DNA of 64,000 bases, taken from contig JAQBHB010000090.1 in NCBI GenBank assembly GCA_032128115.1, forward strand, positions 32,001 through 96,000. The letters are read 5' to 3'. Below, piece by piece: positions 31,810 through 40,777 of this stretch. The notes under the pieces were generated by a model. That model had not been told where the DNA came from. It ran no database searches and worked only from the letters and a program-made list of their open reading frames with translations. The translations under genes and the position numbers were made by a program. Every line of letters begins with the position of its first letter. Positions within the stretch are counted from its first letter, which is position 1. The DNA comes from Deltaproteobacteria bacterium (GTDB lineage Bacteria > Myxococcota_A > UBA9160 > SMWR01).

Positions 31810-33975
31810 GTGTACGAGCCCAGACCCCTCGATACGGATCTCGCCGAGCTCGATCCCGAGTTGCACGCCCTGCTCGAGCGGCTGGCCGAACACCACCACG
31901 ACCTCTGGGCCCGCGCGCAGATGCGCGAAGGCTGGCGCCACGGGGCCACACGCGACGAAGACCGCAAGCTCGACCCGCGCCTGATTCCGTACACGGAGCT
32001 GGCGGAGCCGGAAAAGCAGCGCGAACGCCGCGGAGCGCGGGAAGTCATCCACGCGATCCGGGCGCTCGGCCTCGAAATCCGTCGGCTCGTGCCCCACCCG
32101 GCTTCCGCCCGGATTCGCGACCGGGTGGCGGCGCCCGCCCCAGTGGCGCTGGGCGACGACGTTCCCGGCGTTCGCCAGCGGGTGGAGGAGCTTCTCCGCA
32201 TGGGCGAGCCGCTCCTGGCCTACGAGGCGATCCAGGAGGCCATCGGGCGCTGGCCCGGGGATCTCCGCTTGCGCCAGCTTCGGGGACTCGCCCTGGCCCG
32301 CAGCGGGGCCGCCGATCGCGCGAACCAGGCGATGCGCGAGCTTCGCGAGGAAGGCCACGGCGACGGCGAGACGCTCGGCATCCTGGCTCGAACGCACAAG
32401 GACCTGGCACAGCGCGCGGCAGCGCCAGCGGATCGGGCGTTGCACCTGGAACAGGCCTACCTCGCCTATCGGCAGGGCTACGACGCGGCACGCCGCCTGG
32501 ACAACATCGGGGATGCGTATTTCACGGGCATCAACGCGGCCACGCTCAGCTTCGTCTCGGGTGAACCCGAACGAGCAAGAGGGCTCGCTCGCGAAGTGCG
32601 CGCGCTCTGCCAGCACCAGCTGGCGCTCAGCCCCGAGGACGCATCCTATTGGTTGTACGCGACGCTTGCCGAGGCCGCGCTCCTGTTGGGTGACCGTGGC
32701 GAGGCCGAAGATCAGTATGGCCGGGCCGCTGAGCGGGCGGGCGGGCGCTTCGCCGACCTGAGCACCACTCGGCGCCAGGCGCGTTTCCTGCTGTCGGAGC
32801 GGGGCGAAGATCCCAGATGGGTCGAGGAGGTCCTCCAGGTCCCCCCGCTCGCCATGTTCACGGGACACATGATCGATCGCCCCGGGCGAGAAAGCGCCCG
32901 CTTTCCACCCGAGCACGAAGACCGGGTCGCGCACGCGATCCGGGAGCGGATTCGACGGATGCGTCCCGCGGCCGGCTATGCCTCGGCCGCATGCGGGGGC
33001 GACCTCCTGTTTCTGGAGTCGATGCTCGCCGAGGGGCGCGAATTCCACGTGGTTCTGCCCTTCCCTCCCGACGAGTTTCTCCGCACCAGCGTCGACGTGA
33101 TCCCGGGCGCCAGCTGGCGCCAGCGCTTCGACCGTGTACTGGCGGCCGCGGCCAGTGTGACCACGGCCAGCGACCACCACTCCTCGGACGATGTGTCGAA
33201 CTTCGTCTACGCAAACCTGATCCTCACCGGCATGGCAGCGCTCCACGCGAGACGCCTCGATACGGAGCTCTTCGCCCTCACCGTATGGGACGGAGAACAA
33301 GGGGACGGCCTGGGCGGCACCGCATCGCTCCTGCAGCATTGGCAGTCGAGTGGCCACGCTGTCGAGCGGATCGATCCCGCCGCTCCGGATGCGGAGGTCA
33401 CGAACCCCGCGCTCCCGAGCGCCGACGGAACACACGCGATCCCCGAGAATCTGATGGCGATGCTCTTCGCCGACGCCGTTGGCTACAGCGAGCTGCACTA
33501 CGATCAGATCCCGCTCTTTGTCGAGCACTTCGTCTCGCCGATCGCAGAACTGATCGGTCGTAGCGCCACCCCGCCCGTCCTCAAGGAAACCGCGGGAGAC
33601 GGTTTCTACTTCGTGTTTCGAAACGTGCGCGACGCTGGGCTGTTCGCCCTGGCGCTCCGCGACCTCATCTCACAGGTGGACTGGGAGGCCCGCGGGCTTC
33701 CCGCGACCCTGGGGCTTCGCACCGCGCTCCACTGTGGTCCGGTTCACAAGCTGGTCGACCCGATCACGGGCGAACAGAAGTTCACCGGGCCCCACACGAG
33801 CCGCACCGCCCGCATCGAGCCGATTACGCCGCCGGGCCAGGTCTACGCGAGCCAGGCCTTTGCCGCGGTGGCCGCAGCGATCGGAGTCGAAGAGCTCGAC
33901 TTCGAGTACGTGGGGCGCACCGACCTGGCGAAAAAATACGGCTCGCTCGCCCTCTACCACGTGCGGCGCGCCTGA
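31810..33975 (+). CDS. RyR domain - TPR/TRAFs-binding (DUF4071-like) - SLOG-like - class III nucleotidyl cyclase multidomain protein
   Basis: RyR: YEPRPLD..LAEHHHDLWA..GWRHG..RD...LIPY.EL.EPEK; ETLGILARTHKD, YFTGINAATL, YWLYATLAEA; SLOG-like MFTGHMID, SAACGGDLLF, VWDG..GDG.GGT; cyclase LFADAVGYS, TAGDG, LRTALHCGPV, ARIEP. Start uncertain (GTG 31810). Confidence 0.87.
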   Translation: MYEPRPLDTDLAELDPELHALLERLAEHHHDLWARAQMREGWRHGATRDEDRKLDPRLIPYTELAEPEKQRERRGAREVIHAIRALGLEIRRLVPHPASARIRDRVAAPAPVALGDDVPGVRQRVEELLRMGEPLLAYEAIQEAIGRWPGDLRLRQLRGLALARSGAADRANQAMRELREEGHGDGETLGILARTHKDLAQRAAAPADRALHLEQAYLAYRQGYDAARRLDNIGDAYFTGINAATLSFVSGEPERARGLAREVRALCQHQLALSPEDASYWLYATLAEAALLLGDRGEAEDQYGRAAERAGGRFADLSTTRRQARFLLSERGEDPRWVEEVLQVPPLAMFTGHMIDRPGRESARFPPEHEDRVAHAIRERIRRMRPAAGYASAACGGDLLFLESMLAEGREFHVVLPFPPDEFLRTSVDVIPGASWRQRFDRVLAAAASVTTASDHHSSDDVSNFVYANLILTGMAALHARRLDTELFALTVWDGEQGDGLGGTASLLQHWQSSGHAVERIDPAAPDAEVTNPALPSADGTHAIPENLMAMLFADAVGYSELHYDQIPLFVEHFVSPIAELIGRSATPPVLKETAGDGFYFVFRNVRDAGLFALALRDLISQVDWEARGLPATLGLRTALHCGPVHKLVDPITGEQKFTGPHTSRTARIEPITPPGQVYASQAFAAVAAAIGVEELDFEYVGRTDLAKKYGSLALYHVRRA

Positions 33976-34079
33976 TTGGAACCCGCAAACGGGCGCCCCC
34001 GGGAGCGCTCGAACCTGCGACGTACCCCCGGAAACCCGCCCCGAGAAAATCCAACGCTCGCGCCCGAGGCCGAGTTCCC

Positions 34080-34242
34080 CTACGCCCGAATGCGCCGCCT
34101 CCCCAGAAGCAGGAGGAAACCAACGCCCACGACCAGCATGCTGAGCACATCCGGCTCGGGCAGGGGAATGCAGTCGACATCGCAGCCATTCGAGAGGGTC
34201 TCCTGCCCCTCGCACGGCTGATCGCCACAGCAGGCCAGAACG
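34080..34242 (-). pseudogene. 3' remnant of a PEP-CTERM protein gene
   Basis: ...CCGDQPCEGQETLSNGCDVDCIPLPEPDVLSMLVVGVGFLLLLGRRRIRA*; upstream sequence is replaced by IS DNA. Confidence 0.75.
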
Positions 34243-34467
34243 CGCGATGGCTGTCTCAACCGGTGGCTCTTCGAGTCACTGCGCGAAGCACGAGAGACGT
34301 CGGAAGCATGGCTGCAGGAGTACAACGTGGAGCGACCGCATGGGTCGCTCGGAGGGCAAGTGCCCTCCAAGTTCTTCGAACAATGGGAAGAGCAGAATAG
34401 GGAAGCAGCCTGATGTTCAGGCGAAATCCCGAACCCAACGGCTGGTAGCGGTTCTTCGGGCTTGCCA
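34243..34467 (+). mobile_element. IS3-family remnant (transposase C-terminus plus right end)
   Basis: Manual translation of 34243-34413: RDGCLNRWLFESLREARETSEAWLQEYNVERPHGSLGGQVPSKFFEQWEEQNREAA* (YN..RPH.SLG..P integrase-core tail), then an IR-like end TGGTAGCGGTTCTTCGGGCTTGCCA. Confidence 0.82.
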
Positions 34468-34653
34468 AACACGCAGGGCGCGTTCTCCATCGACCTGGCC
34501 ACCGGTAGGCTCCAGGTGGTAGAGCCCGCGGCCCTGGACTTCGAGACCACCCCCTCCTTCACCCTGAAGGTCTGGGCGTGCGACTCCGCGGAATCTGCCC
34601 ACAGCGCCACGGCCACCATCACGATCGATGTCAGAAACGCCGATGAGTCCCCC
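34468..34653 (+). pseudogene. Cadherin-repeat fragment
   Basis: NTQGAFSIDLATGRLQV...LDFETTPSFTLKVWACD...ATITIDVRNADESP (LDxE, AxD and NxxEP-like cadherin motifs); begins immediately after the IS end. Confidence 0.78.
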
Positions 34654-35139
34654 GCAGATGAGACAAAAAAGAATCGGCGGAAGGAACTCGAGCGCAAGCT
34701 CCCGGTGTGGGGCCAGATCCCGCCTCGGCTCCTGTTTGACAGAACGCTTAACTATCGGACCCGGCGGAAACACAGCTTGTTCGTCCTATCCCCTGAATTT
34801 CACTGTCTTCACATTCGTTTTCCCTTCCGATGAAATATTGAACTTTCTAGACGTCGTTTGTACCCCGTCAGCAGAAGTCGGACCGGGGGTCTTCGGGCCG
34901 GCCTCGAAGAGGATCTCCACCTTGCGGACGCCGGCCTTGCGGGGTCCCGCCCCAGCCTTGCCCTCCGCCTCGCCGTCGGCTGGCCCTCCTTTTTTTTGAC
35001 ACTTAGGCTTGTTCGGAGCCACTTCCTTGTACAGGGGATCCGCGCGCCCGGAGAAAACTTCTTCCGACAAATGGAAGGTCTTTTCTCCTCTCGGGCGCCG
35101 TTCGGTTCGCAACTCCCTGATTTTCCTACGTTCCGAATC

Positions 35140-35155
35140 TGGTACGGATATTGCT
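35140..35155 (+). promoter_or_regulatory. Sigma54 (-24/-12) promoter
   Basis: TGGTAC-GGATA-TTGCT, exact GG-N10-GC spacing, upstream of a PEP-CTERM gene. Confidence 0.8.
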
Positions 35156-35168
35156 CCAGCCCGTGCCG

Positions 35169-35209
35169 GGAAGGGGAGCCGCCTCGCGCGGTTCTGCTTC
35201 CTTTTTTTT
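35169..35209 (+). terminator. Intrinsic terminator-like hairpin in the leader of the PEP-CTERM gene
   Basis: GGAAGGGGAGCCGC-CTCGC-GCGGTTCTGCTTCC (13 pairs including 2 GU, 1 mismatch) followed by T8. Confidence 0.65.
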
Positions 35210-35281
35210 GTGCTCGCTCCTGGGAAGGGCATTCGCGCGGGGGACCGACAGCGGTTCCCCGGGGACCCAGGAGGAATGCCC

Positions 35282-35896
35282 GTGTCTGCTCTATCGAGGT
35301 TTCGCTCTATCGGCTCCCAGTGCCGTCGGCTTCCCAGGCTGGCTCCTCTGGTGGTATCGATCGCTATCGTTGGCTTTGCCGCGGCCGCCGCAGCAACTCC
35401 GATGCTCGGTCCGGTGACGATGTTGTTCACCCACGCACAGGGAACGGGGACGATTGAGATCCTCGGAAGCAGCACCGGACCGCCGACCGACGGCATCCAG
35501 CTCGGCGGTATCACCGACGCCCAGGCTGTGACCCTCCTCTTCGAGGTCTTTGTGACCGGGGGCAACGAGCTGAAGACGCTCACCCTCGAGTACGACACGC
35601 AGGCGTCAACCGGCGTGGGAGTCGTCCCCGGTTCGGGCGTGGACTTCAAGTCGGCGGCTGCGAGCGGGGGAGGCTGGACCCTCTCGCCGAACAAGCTCAA
35701 GGAGGGCACGAGTGACATCTTCTTCGTGTCGTTCGCGAACAGTCTGGGCTCGGGAGACCTGAGCTTCGACATGAAGTTCAAGACAGGCACAGCGAACGTG
35801 AGCACAATGATCCAGAACCCGGAGCCGAGCACCGTACTGCTCCTGGGCCTGGGTCTGGTCGGACTGACCGCTGCTCGCAGACGATCGCCGCGCTGA
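35282..35896 (+). CDS. PEP-CTERM sorting domain protein
   Basis: AGGAGG RBS, signal peptide ending AAAAA-TP, C-terminal NPEPSTVLLLGLGLVGLTAARRR; start is GTG 35282 or ATG 35276. Confidence 0.88.
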   Translation: MSALSRFRSIGSQCRRLPRLAPLVVSIAIVGFAAAAAATPMLGPVTMLFTHAQGTGTIEILGSSTGPPTDGIQLGGITDAQAVTLLFEVFVTGGNELKTLTLEYDTQASTGVGVVPGSGVDFKSAAASGGGWTLSPNKLKEGTSDIFFVSFANSLGSGDLSFDMKFKTGTANVSTMIQNPEPSTVLLLGLGLVGLTAARRRSPR

Positions 35897-36006
35897 TGAC
35901 GGCTCGCCCGGTTTGGTTCGTTCCACCGGGTCAGCCCAAAACACCACCAGCGCTACTTGGAGGGGTTCGAGATTCGCATCGTGATCGAAGGGCTCCGAGG
36001 CGAGCA

Positions 36007-36072
36007 CGAGCGCAGTTCAAAAAGCAAGGCCGAAGGCCGCGCAGCGAGCCGCAGGCGAGCGCAGTTCAAAAA
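36007..36072. repeat. 17-bp direct repeat flanking small GNA-loop hairpins
   Basis: CGAGCGCAGTTCAAAAA at 36007-36023 and 36056-36072. Confidence 0.85.
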
Positions 36073-37469
36073 ACCGGCCAGTGGTCAGCCCACGGGCGCT
36101 CGCGCTCGAAGGCGTGGGCTGCCTGCAACACCAGGTCGTCCCGGTGTCGCGGTCCCACGATCTGGAGTCCCACGGGAAGCCCCGCCCTGGAGAAGCCCGC
36201 GCGCACGCTGGCCGCCGGGTGCCACGAAAGGTTGAAGGGCATGGTCAATCCGCCCACGCTTCCCCACGGCTGCTTCATGCCTTCTACCTCCGTCGGGAAC
36301 GGCCCCCCTGCCGGGGGCGGGTCGTAGGGAACGGTGGGCGTGAGCAGCAGATCGTAATCGTCGAAGACTGCGGCACACCAGCGGTTGAGCTGCTCGCGGC
36401 GGCGACGGTACTCGCCCCAGCGCACGGGCGTCATGCGCGCTCCGGTCTTCACGCCCTTGATGAAGGCGCGGCCGAAATCGGACTCGCGGTCCGGCAGCAG
36501 CGGTGACAGTTCCGACATCAGCTCGAAGGCACCCACGAGACCCCAGTCGCGGTAGGGCTCGACGGGGCCGCCCTCGATGTCCTCGAGGGTTCCCAGCTTC
36601 CCGAATACCCGTGAAGCTTCGTATACCACTTCGGCCACGTCGCTTTGCACGTGGGCATAGCCCAGGTCGGGCGAGAAACCGATGCGCAGGGCCGGGGGCA
36701 GGGCGCCGAGCACATCCCGATAGGAATGGCCCGGGTGGGGCAGCGAGTTGGGATCGAGGGGGTGGGCGCCGACCACGGCGTCCAGCTGGAGCGCCGCATC
36801 CTCCACCGTGCGTGTCAGGGGTCCGTACACCGACACGTCTTCCATGGCCCAGAGTTGCCGGCCTTCGTGGGGAACCCGTCCGTAGCTCACCTTGAGGCCG
36901 AAGCATCCGGTAAAGCTCGCGGGGATACGGATCGATCCGCCGCCGTCGCTGGCGGTGGCCAGGGGAATCACGCCGCCGGCGATGGCGGCCGAGGAGCCGC
37001 CGCTGGATCCTCCGGGCGTGCGTTTCAGGTCCCAGGGGTTGCGCGTGGGACCGAACAACAGGTTCTTGGTGATGGCGGTGTAGCCGAATTCCGGCGCGTT
37101 GGTCTTGCCCACCACGATGGCGCCGGCCCCCTTGAGACGCTCTACCTGAACCGAGTCGCGCAGGGGTCGGTGGTCCCGGAAGGGAATCGAGCCCTGGCTG
37201 GTCACCAGCGGCGCCGCGTCCTCCAGATCCTTCACACCGAAGGGGACCCCCTCGAGCAGGCGCGCCTCACGCCGGGCGATGCGCGCCTCGGCCGCGCGGG
37301 CGTCCGACATCAGGGCGTCCCGGTCTCGGAGTGCGACGAATGCGTTGAGCTTCGGGTGGGTCGCTTCGATGCGGTCGAGCACCGTCTCCATCAGTTCGAC
37401 TGGGGACAGCTTCGCGGTGGCGAGGAGTCGGGCGATCTCGGTGAGAGGGCGCTGGAGTAGATCCGTCAT
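36066..37469 (-). CDS. Amidase signature family protein
   Basis: [49 protein letters not shown]. Confidence 0.95.
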   Translation of the reverse strand: MTDLLQRPLTEIARLLATAKLSPVELMETVLDRIEATHPKLNAFVALRDRDALMSDARAAEARIARREARLLEGVPFGVKDLEDAAPLVTSQGSIPFRDHRPLRDSVQVERLKGAGAIVVGKTNAPEFGYTAITKNLLFGPTRNPWDLKRTPGGSSGGSSAAIAGGVIPLATASDGGGSIRIPASFTGCFGLKVSYGRVPHEGRQLWAMEDVSVYGPLTRTVEDAALQLDAVVGAHPLDPNSLPHPGHSYRDVLGALPPALRIGFSPDLGYAHVQSDVAEVVYEASRVFGKLGTLEDIEGGPVEPYRDWGLVGAFELMSELSPLLPDRESDFGRAFIKGVKTGARMTPVRWGEYRRRREQLNRWCAAVFDDYDLLLTPTVPYDPPPAGGPFPTEVEGMKQPWGSVGGLTMPFNLSWHPAASVRAGFSRAGLPVGLQIVGPRHRDDLVLQAAHAFERERPWADHWPVF

Positions 37470-37759
37470 GGTCCTCCGAGGGGGGGTGCTTCGGGCCGTG
37501 GCCGAGGGTCACCCATGCCACTGTGTTTGCCTCCGGGGCGGGGGAAAAGTCAATCACTCGAACGGGTTCGATCGCAGGGCCTCCGCGGGCGTCGCACCCG
37601 CCGCCCGCTGCGGCCCTGGGAAAGTGCCGATTTCGGGGGTCTCAGGCCCAGAAAAGGCTCATATCGTTTGGAACCCCACGCCGAAAATGCCTATGATGCG
37701 CCGGTCCTGTCCATGCCGTATGTCGCGACATGGGGGGAAGCAAGGATGGGAGAATTCAA

Positions 37760-37960
37760 ATGGCAGCGAAAAAGAAGAAGGCAGGGTCGACTGGTGACCT
37801 CATCATTTCCAAGTCGCGCACCAAGGCGGCCGTCAAGAAGTGCAACGTGGGTTCGGAGTTCTACGGAGCGCTCGACAAGGCCACCCGGGCCCTGATCGCG
37901 GACGCCGAGCGGCGCGCGCTGGGCAACAAGCGGAAGACGCTCAAGGCGAACGACCTCTAA
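37760..37960 (+). CDS. Prokaryotic histone-fold protein (DUF1931/face-to-face-like) with Lys-rich N-tail
   Basis: MAAKKKKAGSTGDLIISKSRTKAAVKKCNVGSEFYGALDKATRALIADAERRALGNKRKTLKANDL; RA..N.RKT...DL histone L2/alpha3 signature; GGGAG RBS; own terminator. Confidence 0.85.
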   Translation: MAAKKKKAGSTGDLIISKSRTKAAVKKCNVGSEFYGALDKATRALIADAERRALGNKRKTLKANDL

Positions 37961-37986
37961 TCGTCGTTTGCGCGGTTCGATCGAGA

Positions 37987-38022
37987 AGGCCCGCCGGGAT
38001 CACCGGCGGGCCTCTTTCTTTT
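37987..38022 (+). terminator. Rho-independent terminator
   Basis: Perfect 11-bp stem AGGCCCGCCGG-GATCA-CCGGCGGGCCT followed by CTTTCTTTT. Confidence 0.9.
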
Positions 38023-38070
38023 GCGCTCACGTCTTGCCGTCACGCAAGGGCGGAGCGGGCTGGCAGCGGG

Positions 38071-39210
38071 TCAGGTCGGTCGGGCCGCCTGCGGATCGAG
38101 ATTGGCACCCACACGAAAGAGGGTCTCCAGGGGAATGCGCCGCACCGCTTCCACCGCATCGATCGCGTTCGCGCCCGAGATGAAGGCGAGACCCTCGCTC
38201 GCGAAGTGCGCGGCCTTCTCGATCGCATGGGGCAACGACTCGGCATCCGACAGGGACATGCGGTCGGCGACTGCCAGCTTGTTGGCGAGGGCCACGAACG
38301 CGAAAAACGCGGCGTTCCGCTCGCGCTCCTCCAGTTGCGCCAGGGTCCGGAAGACCAGCGGGGCGTCGTCGCTTTCGGCGGGAAGCCCCGGAATCCACAC
38401 CGGGAGACGCCAGGCATCCATGTCGAGGGCGTTTTCGCCCTCGGGAATCCGTAGTCGCTCCTCCGGCGACATGTAGCGGTAGACCCGCATGGCCTCGTCC
38501 CAGGGCGGGAAGCCCAGGTCTTCGAGCCGACCCGTACGCCAGCGAAAGGCCCACTCCTCGCATTCGCTGTCCAGCTCCCAGATCGCGCCCTGCATCATTC
38601 GGAAGTACGTCCAGTAGTCCTGCTGGAACAGCTGCCGCATGAGGCTCACGATGGCCGAGATGTCGTCGTCCTTGCGGCGGGCGGAGAAGTAGAACTGACC
38701 CTCCAGGGTCTGGCCGCCGTCGGGCGGCTCCCAGTCGTCACTGTTGGGTTTGAGCTCCACGTCGATACGCTGACGCAGGTAGAGCACCACCAGCTCGGGA
38801 TCGAGCGCCTGCACGGAGCGCAGGAAGGAGTCGTCGGAGGTCTCGGCCAGTGCGTCGAGCCAGGAATCCAGGGCCGCCCGATCCGGCAGCGCCCCCTGCC
38901 AGGCATCCAGGTCGACACAAGCCACGACCTGATCGGGTGTCGCATACTCGAGGATCCAGGGCGCGTCGTGGATGCCCACGGCCTTGACCGTGAAGCACAA
39001 TTCGGCCTCGGGCATGCGCGGAATCACCGCTTCGGGCTCGGGCATCAGGTCGAGCAGGGCCGAGCGCTGCGACACCGCGGTCTCGCAGACCAGCGCCACC
39101 TGCGCATCGAGCGAGAGCGCGGCAACAGCTTTGCCCGCCGCCGCCCGATCGCTGCGTGCCAGGCGGAGCAGGCCACGGGCCTCGAGGGTGGGCGCGGGAG
39201 GGTTGGCCAT
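38071..39210 (-). CDS. DUF6178 family protein
   Basis: VDLDAW, LDPELVVL, TLEGQF, SECEEWAFRWRTGRLEDLGFP, LFRVG motifs. Confidence 0.78.
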   Translation of the reverse strand: MANPPAPTLEARGLLRLARSDRAAAGKAVAALSLDAQVALVCETAVSQRSALLDLMPEPEAVIPRMPEAELCFTVKAVGIHDAPWILEYATPDQVVACVDLDAWQGALPDRAALDSWLDALAETSDDSFLRSVQALDPELVVLYLRQRIDVELKPNSDDWEPPDGGQTLEGQFYFSARRKDDDISAIVSLMRQLFQQDYWTYFRMMQGAIWELDSECEEWAFRWRTGRLEDLGFPPWDEAMRVYRYMSPEERLRIPEGENALDMDAWRLPVWIPGLPAESDDAPLVFRTLAQLEERERNAAFFAFVALANKLAVADRMSLSDAESLPHAIEKAAHFASEGLAFISGANAIDAVEAVRRIPLETLFRVGANLDPQAARPT

Positions 39211-39280
39211 TGCCAGAGGATAGCAATGCGCCGCGGTCCCGATGAGCGGTGTACCATCGGGCGCTCTCGAGGAGGCGGCG

Positions 39281-40747
39281 TTGGCCTGGCGGGCCTGGGT
39301 ATTCGCGGTGGGGCTGGCGGTGGGTTGGCTCGCGTGGGAGGGCGTCTCCGACGCGGACGGTCACCGCATGGCGCCCGGGTTCTGCGCCCTCGCGGGTGGC
39401 GCCCTGTTGTGTGCCGTGGCCTCGTTGATCGCACGCCTCCGGGACGACGAGCCCGCGCGCGGGACCCACCTGGCGGCTGGGGCGAGTGCCGGCCTCGTGG
39501 CGCTTCCGGCCCTGGCCGCAACGCGTCTGGGCGCGGCGCCCAGCGCCGGTGTCTGGCTGGTCGTCGTAACGGTTCTGCTGGCCCTGGCGTGGCTGCGCGC
39601 AGCGCGCGCGGATGGACCGTCCGGCGGATTCGCGCGCCAGCTGCGTTCCGCCTGTCTCGGCCTGGGCCTCGGCGGGGTCGGGGTGCTGGCCGCCTCCACT
39701 GCCCTCGCCTCCCTGGCGCGGATTCCCTACGAGGCCCGGGGCGAGCGTGCGGCGGCGATCTTCGACCTGGATGCCACCATCGCGACGCGTGCGATTCCGC
39801 GCTGCGCGGACGAGCCCTCCCGGGTCCAGATCCTGTTGGACCGGGGCTCGCGTCCCCGCTTCGGGAATGACGGGCGCTGGCTGTGGTTCGACGCTCGGGT
39901 CGATGGCCGGCGACAGATCCACCGACTCGACACGGAATCCGGTCAGGCGGTGTGCTGGACTTGTGACGAGCCCGGCAACAACCTGCGCCCTGCGCCGGCG
40001 GATCGGGGCTCGGGGGTGGCCTTCGAGACCGACCGCCACGGCGCTCCCTGGGACACCGAGATCCACATGGCCGACGGGCGCGGCGATGTTCCCAGGAGCG
40101 TCTCGCGCCGACTCACCTACAGCGCGGGCCCCGACGATCACGCCCTCTTGCGGCACGGGGTGCTGGTGTGGTCTCGGCGCGAGAGCGCGGGCTACGAAGT
40201 GGCCTCGGCCGGTGTCCGAAGCGGCCACGGAAGTCTCGGGCTTGGCGACGTGAGCGTGCTCTCCGCCGGAGGCATGGGCTGGACGGCCCCGCTCGAGTGG
40301 TCTCCCGACGGGCGCTCGCTGGTGTTGGCGCGGGGCAATCCGTTTCGTCCGCGGGTCGCCCGGGCCATCGACCCCGCCACGGGAGTGGAAACCCTGCTGG
40401 GCGAAGATGTGGCTCCGGGAGGCGCGTCGTTCAATGCCGACGGCGGCTGGGTGGTGGTGGCGAGTTCGCGCCGCACTCGATTGGCGGGATTGCTCCCGGC
40501 GCAGCTGGGGTTCCTGCTGGCACCGTTGGCGGCGGCGGTCGAGCGCGACGGCTCCCTGCTGCGCGGCACCGGAATCCGCATGGGGGAACCCTGGGCCGCA
40601 GGCGCGCCTCTGGTGCTGGCTGACCTGGCGGTGTGGGGCGCGCCCACCGGCATCGCCCTGAGCCCGGACGGGAATCACGTGATCCTGGGGCAGCGGAGCG
40701 CTGCCGGCGACGAGCGTCTGGTGCGACTGGATCTCGACTGCCGCTGA
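39281..40747 (+). CDS. Membrane protein with C-terminal TolB/PD40-like beta-propeller
   Basis: Several N-terminal hydrophobic helices; CWTC, WSPDG, SFNADG, LSPDG repeats; start uncertain (TTG 39281 with GGAGG, or ATG 39242). Confidence 0.7.
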   Translation: MAWRAWVFAVGLAVGWLAWEGVSDADGHRMAPGFCALAGGALLCAVASLIARLRDDEPARGTHLAAGASAGLVALPALAATRLGAAPSAGVWLVVVTVLLALAWLRAARADGPSGGFARQLRSACLGLGLGGVGVLAASTALASLARIPYEARGERAAAIFDLDATIATRAIPRCADEPSRVQILLDRGSRPRFGNDGRWLWFDARVDGRRQIHRLDTESGQAVCWTCDEPGNNLRPAPADRGSGVAFETDRHGAPWDTEIHMADGRGDVPRSVSRRLTYSAGPDDHALLRHGVLVWSRRESAGYEVASAGVRSGHGSLGLGDVSVLSAGGMGWTAPLEWSPDGRSLVLARGNPFRPRVARAIDPATGVETLLGEDVAPGGASFNADGGWVVVASSRRTRLAGLLPAQLGFLLAPLAAAVERDGSLLRGTGIRMGEPWAAGAPLVLADLAVWGAPTGIALSPDGNHVILGQRSAAGDERLVRLDLDCR

Positions 40748-40777
40748 AGCGCGGCTGCGTCGGGTATTCTCGCGGGC

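Noticed and set aside
34080..34697. 205-aa ORF ending in PEP-CTERM as an intact gene
   Set aside because: Its 5' two-thirds is the antisense of the cadherin and IS3 fragments, with no signal peptide; only the last ~54 codons look genuine.
37668..37697. TTGGAA-18-TATGAT as the histone gene promoter
   Set aside because: Plausible, but the match is too weak to list as a feature without TSS data.
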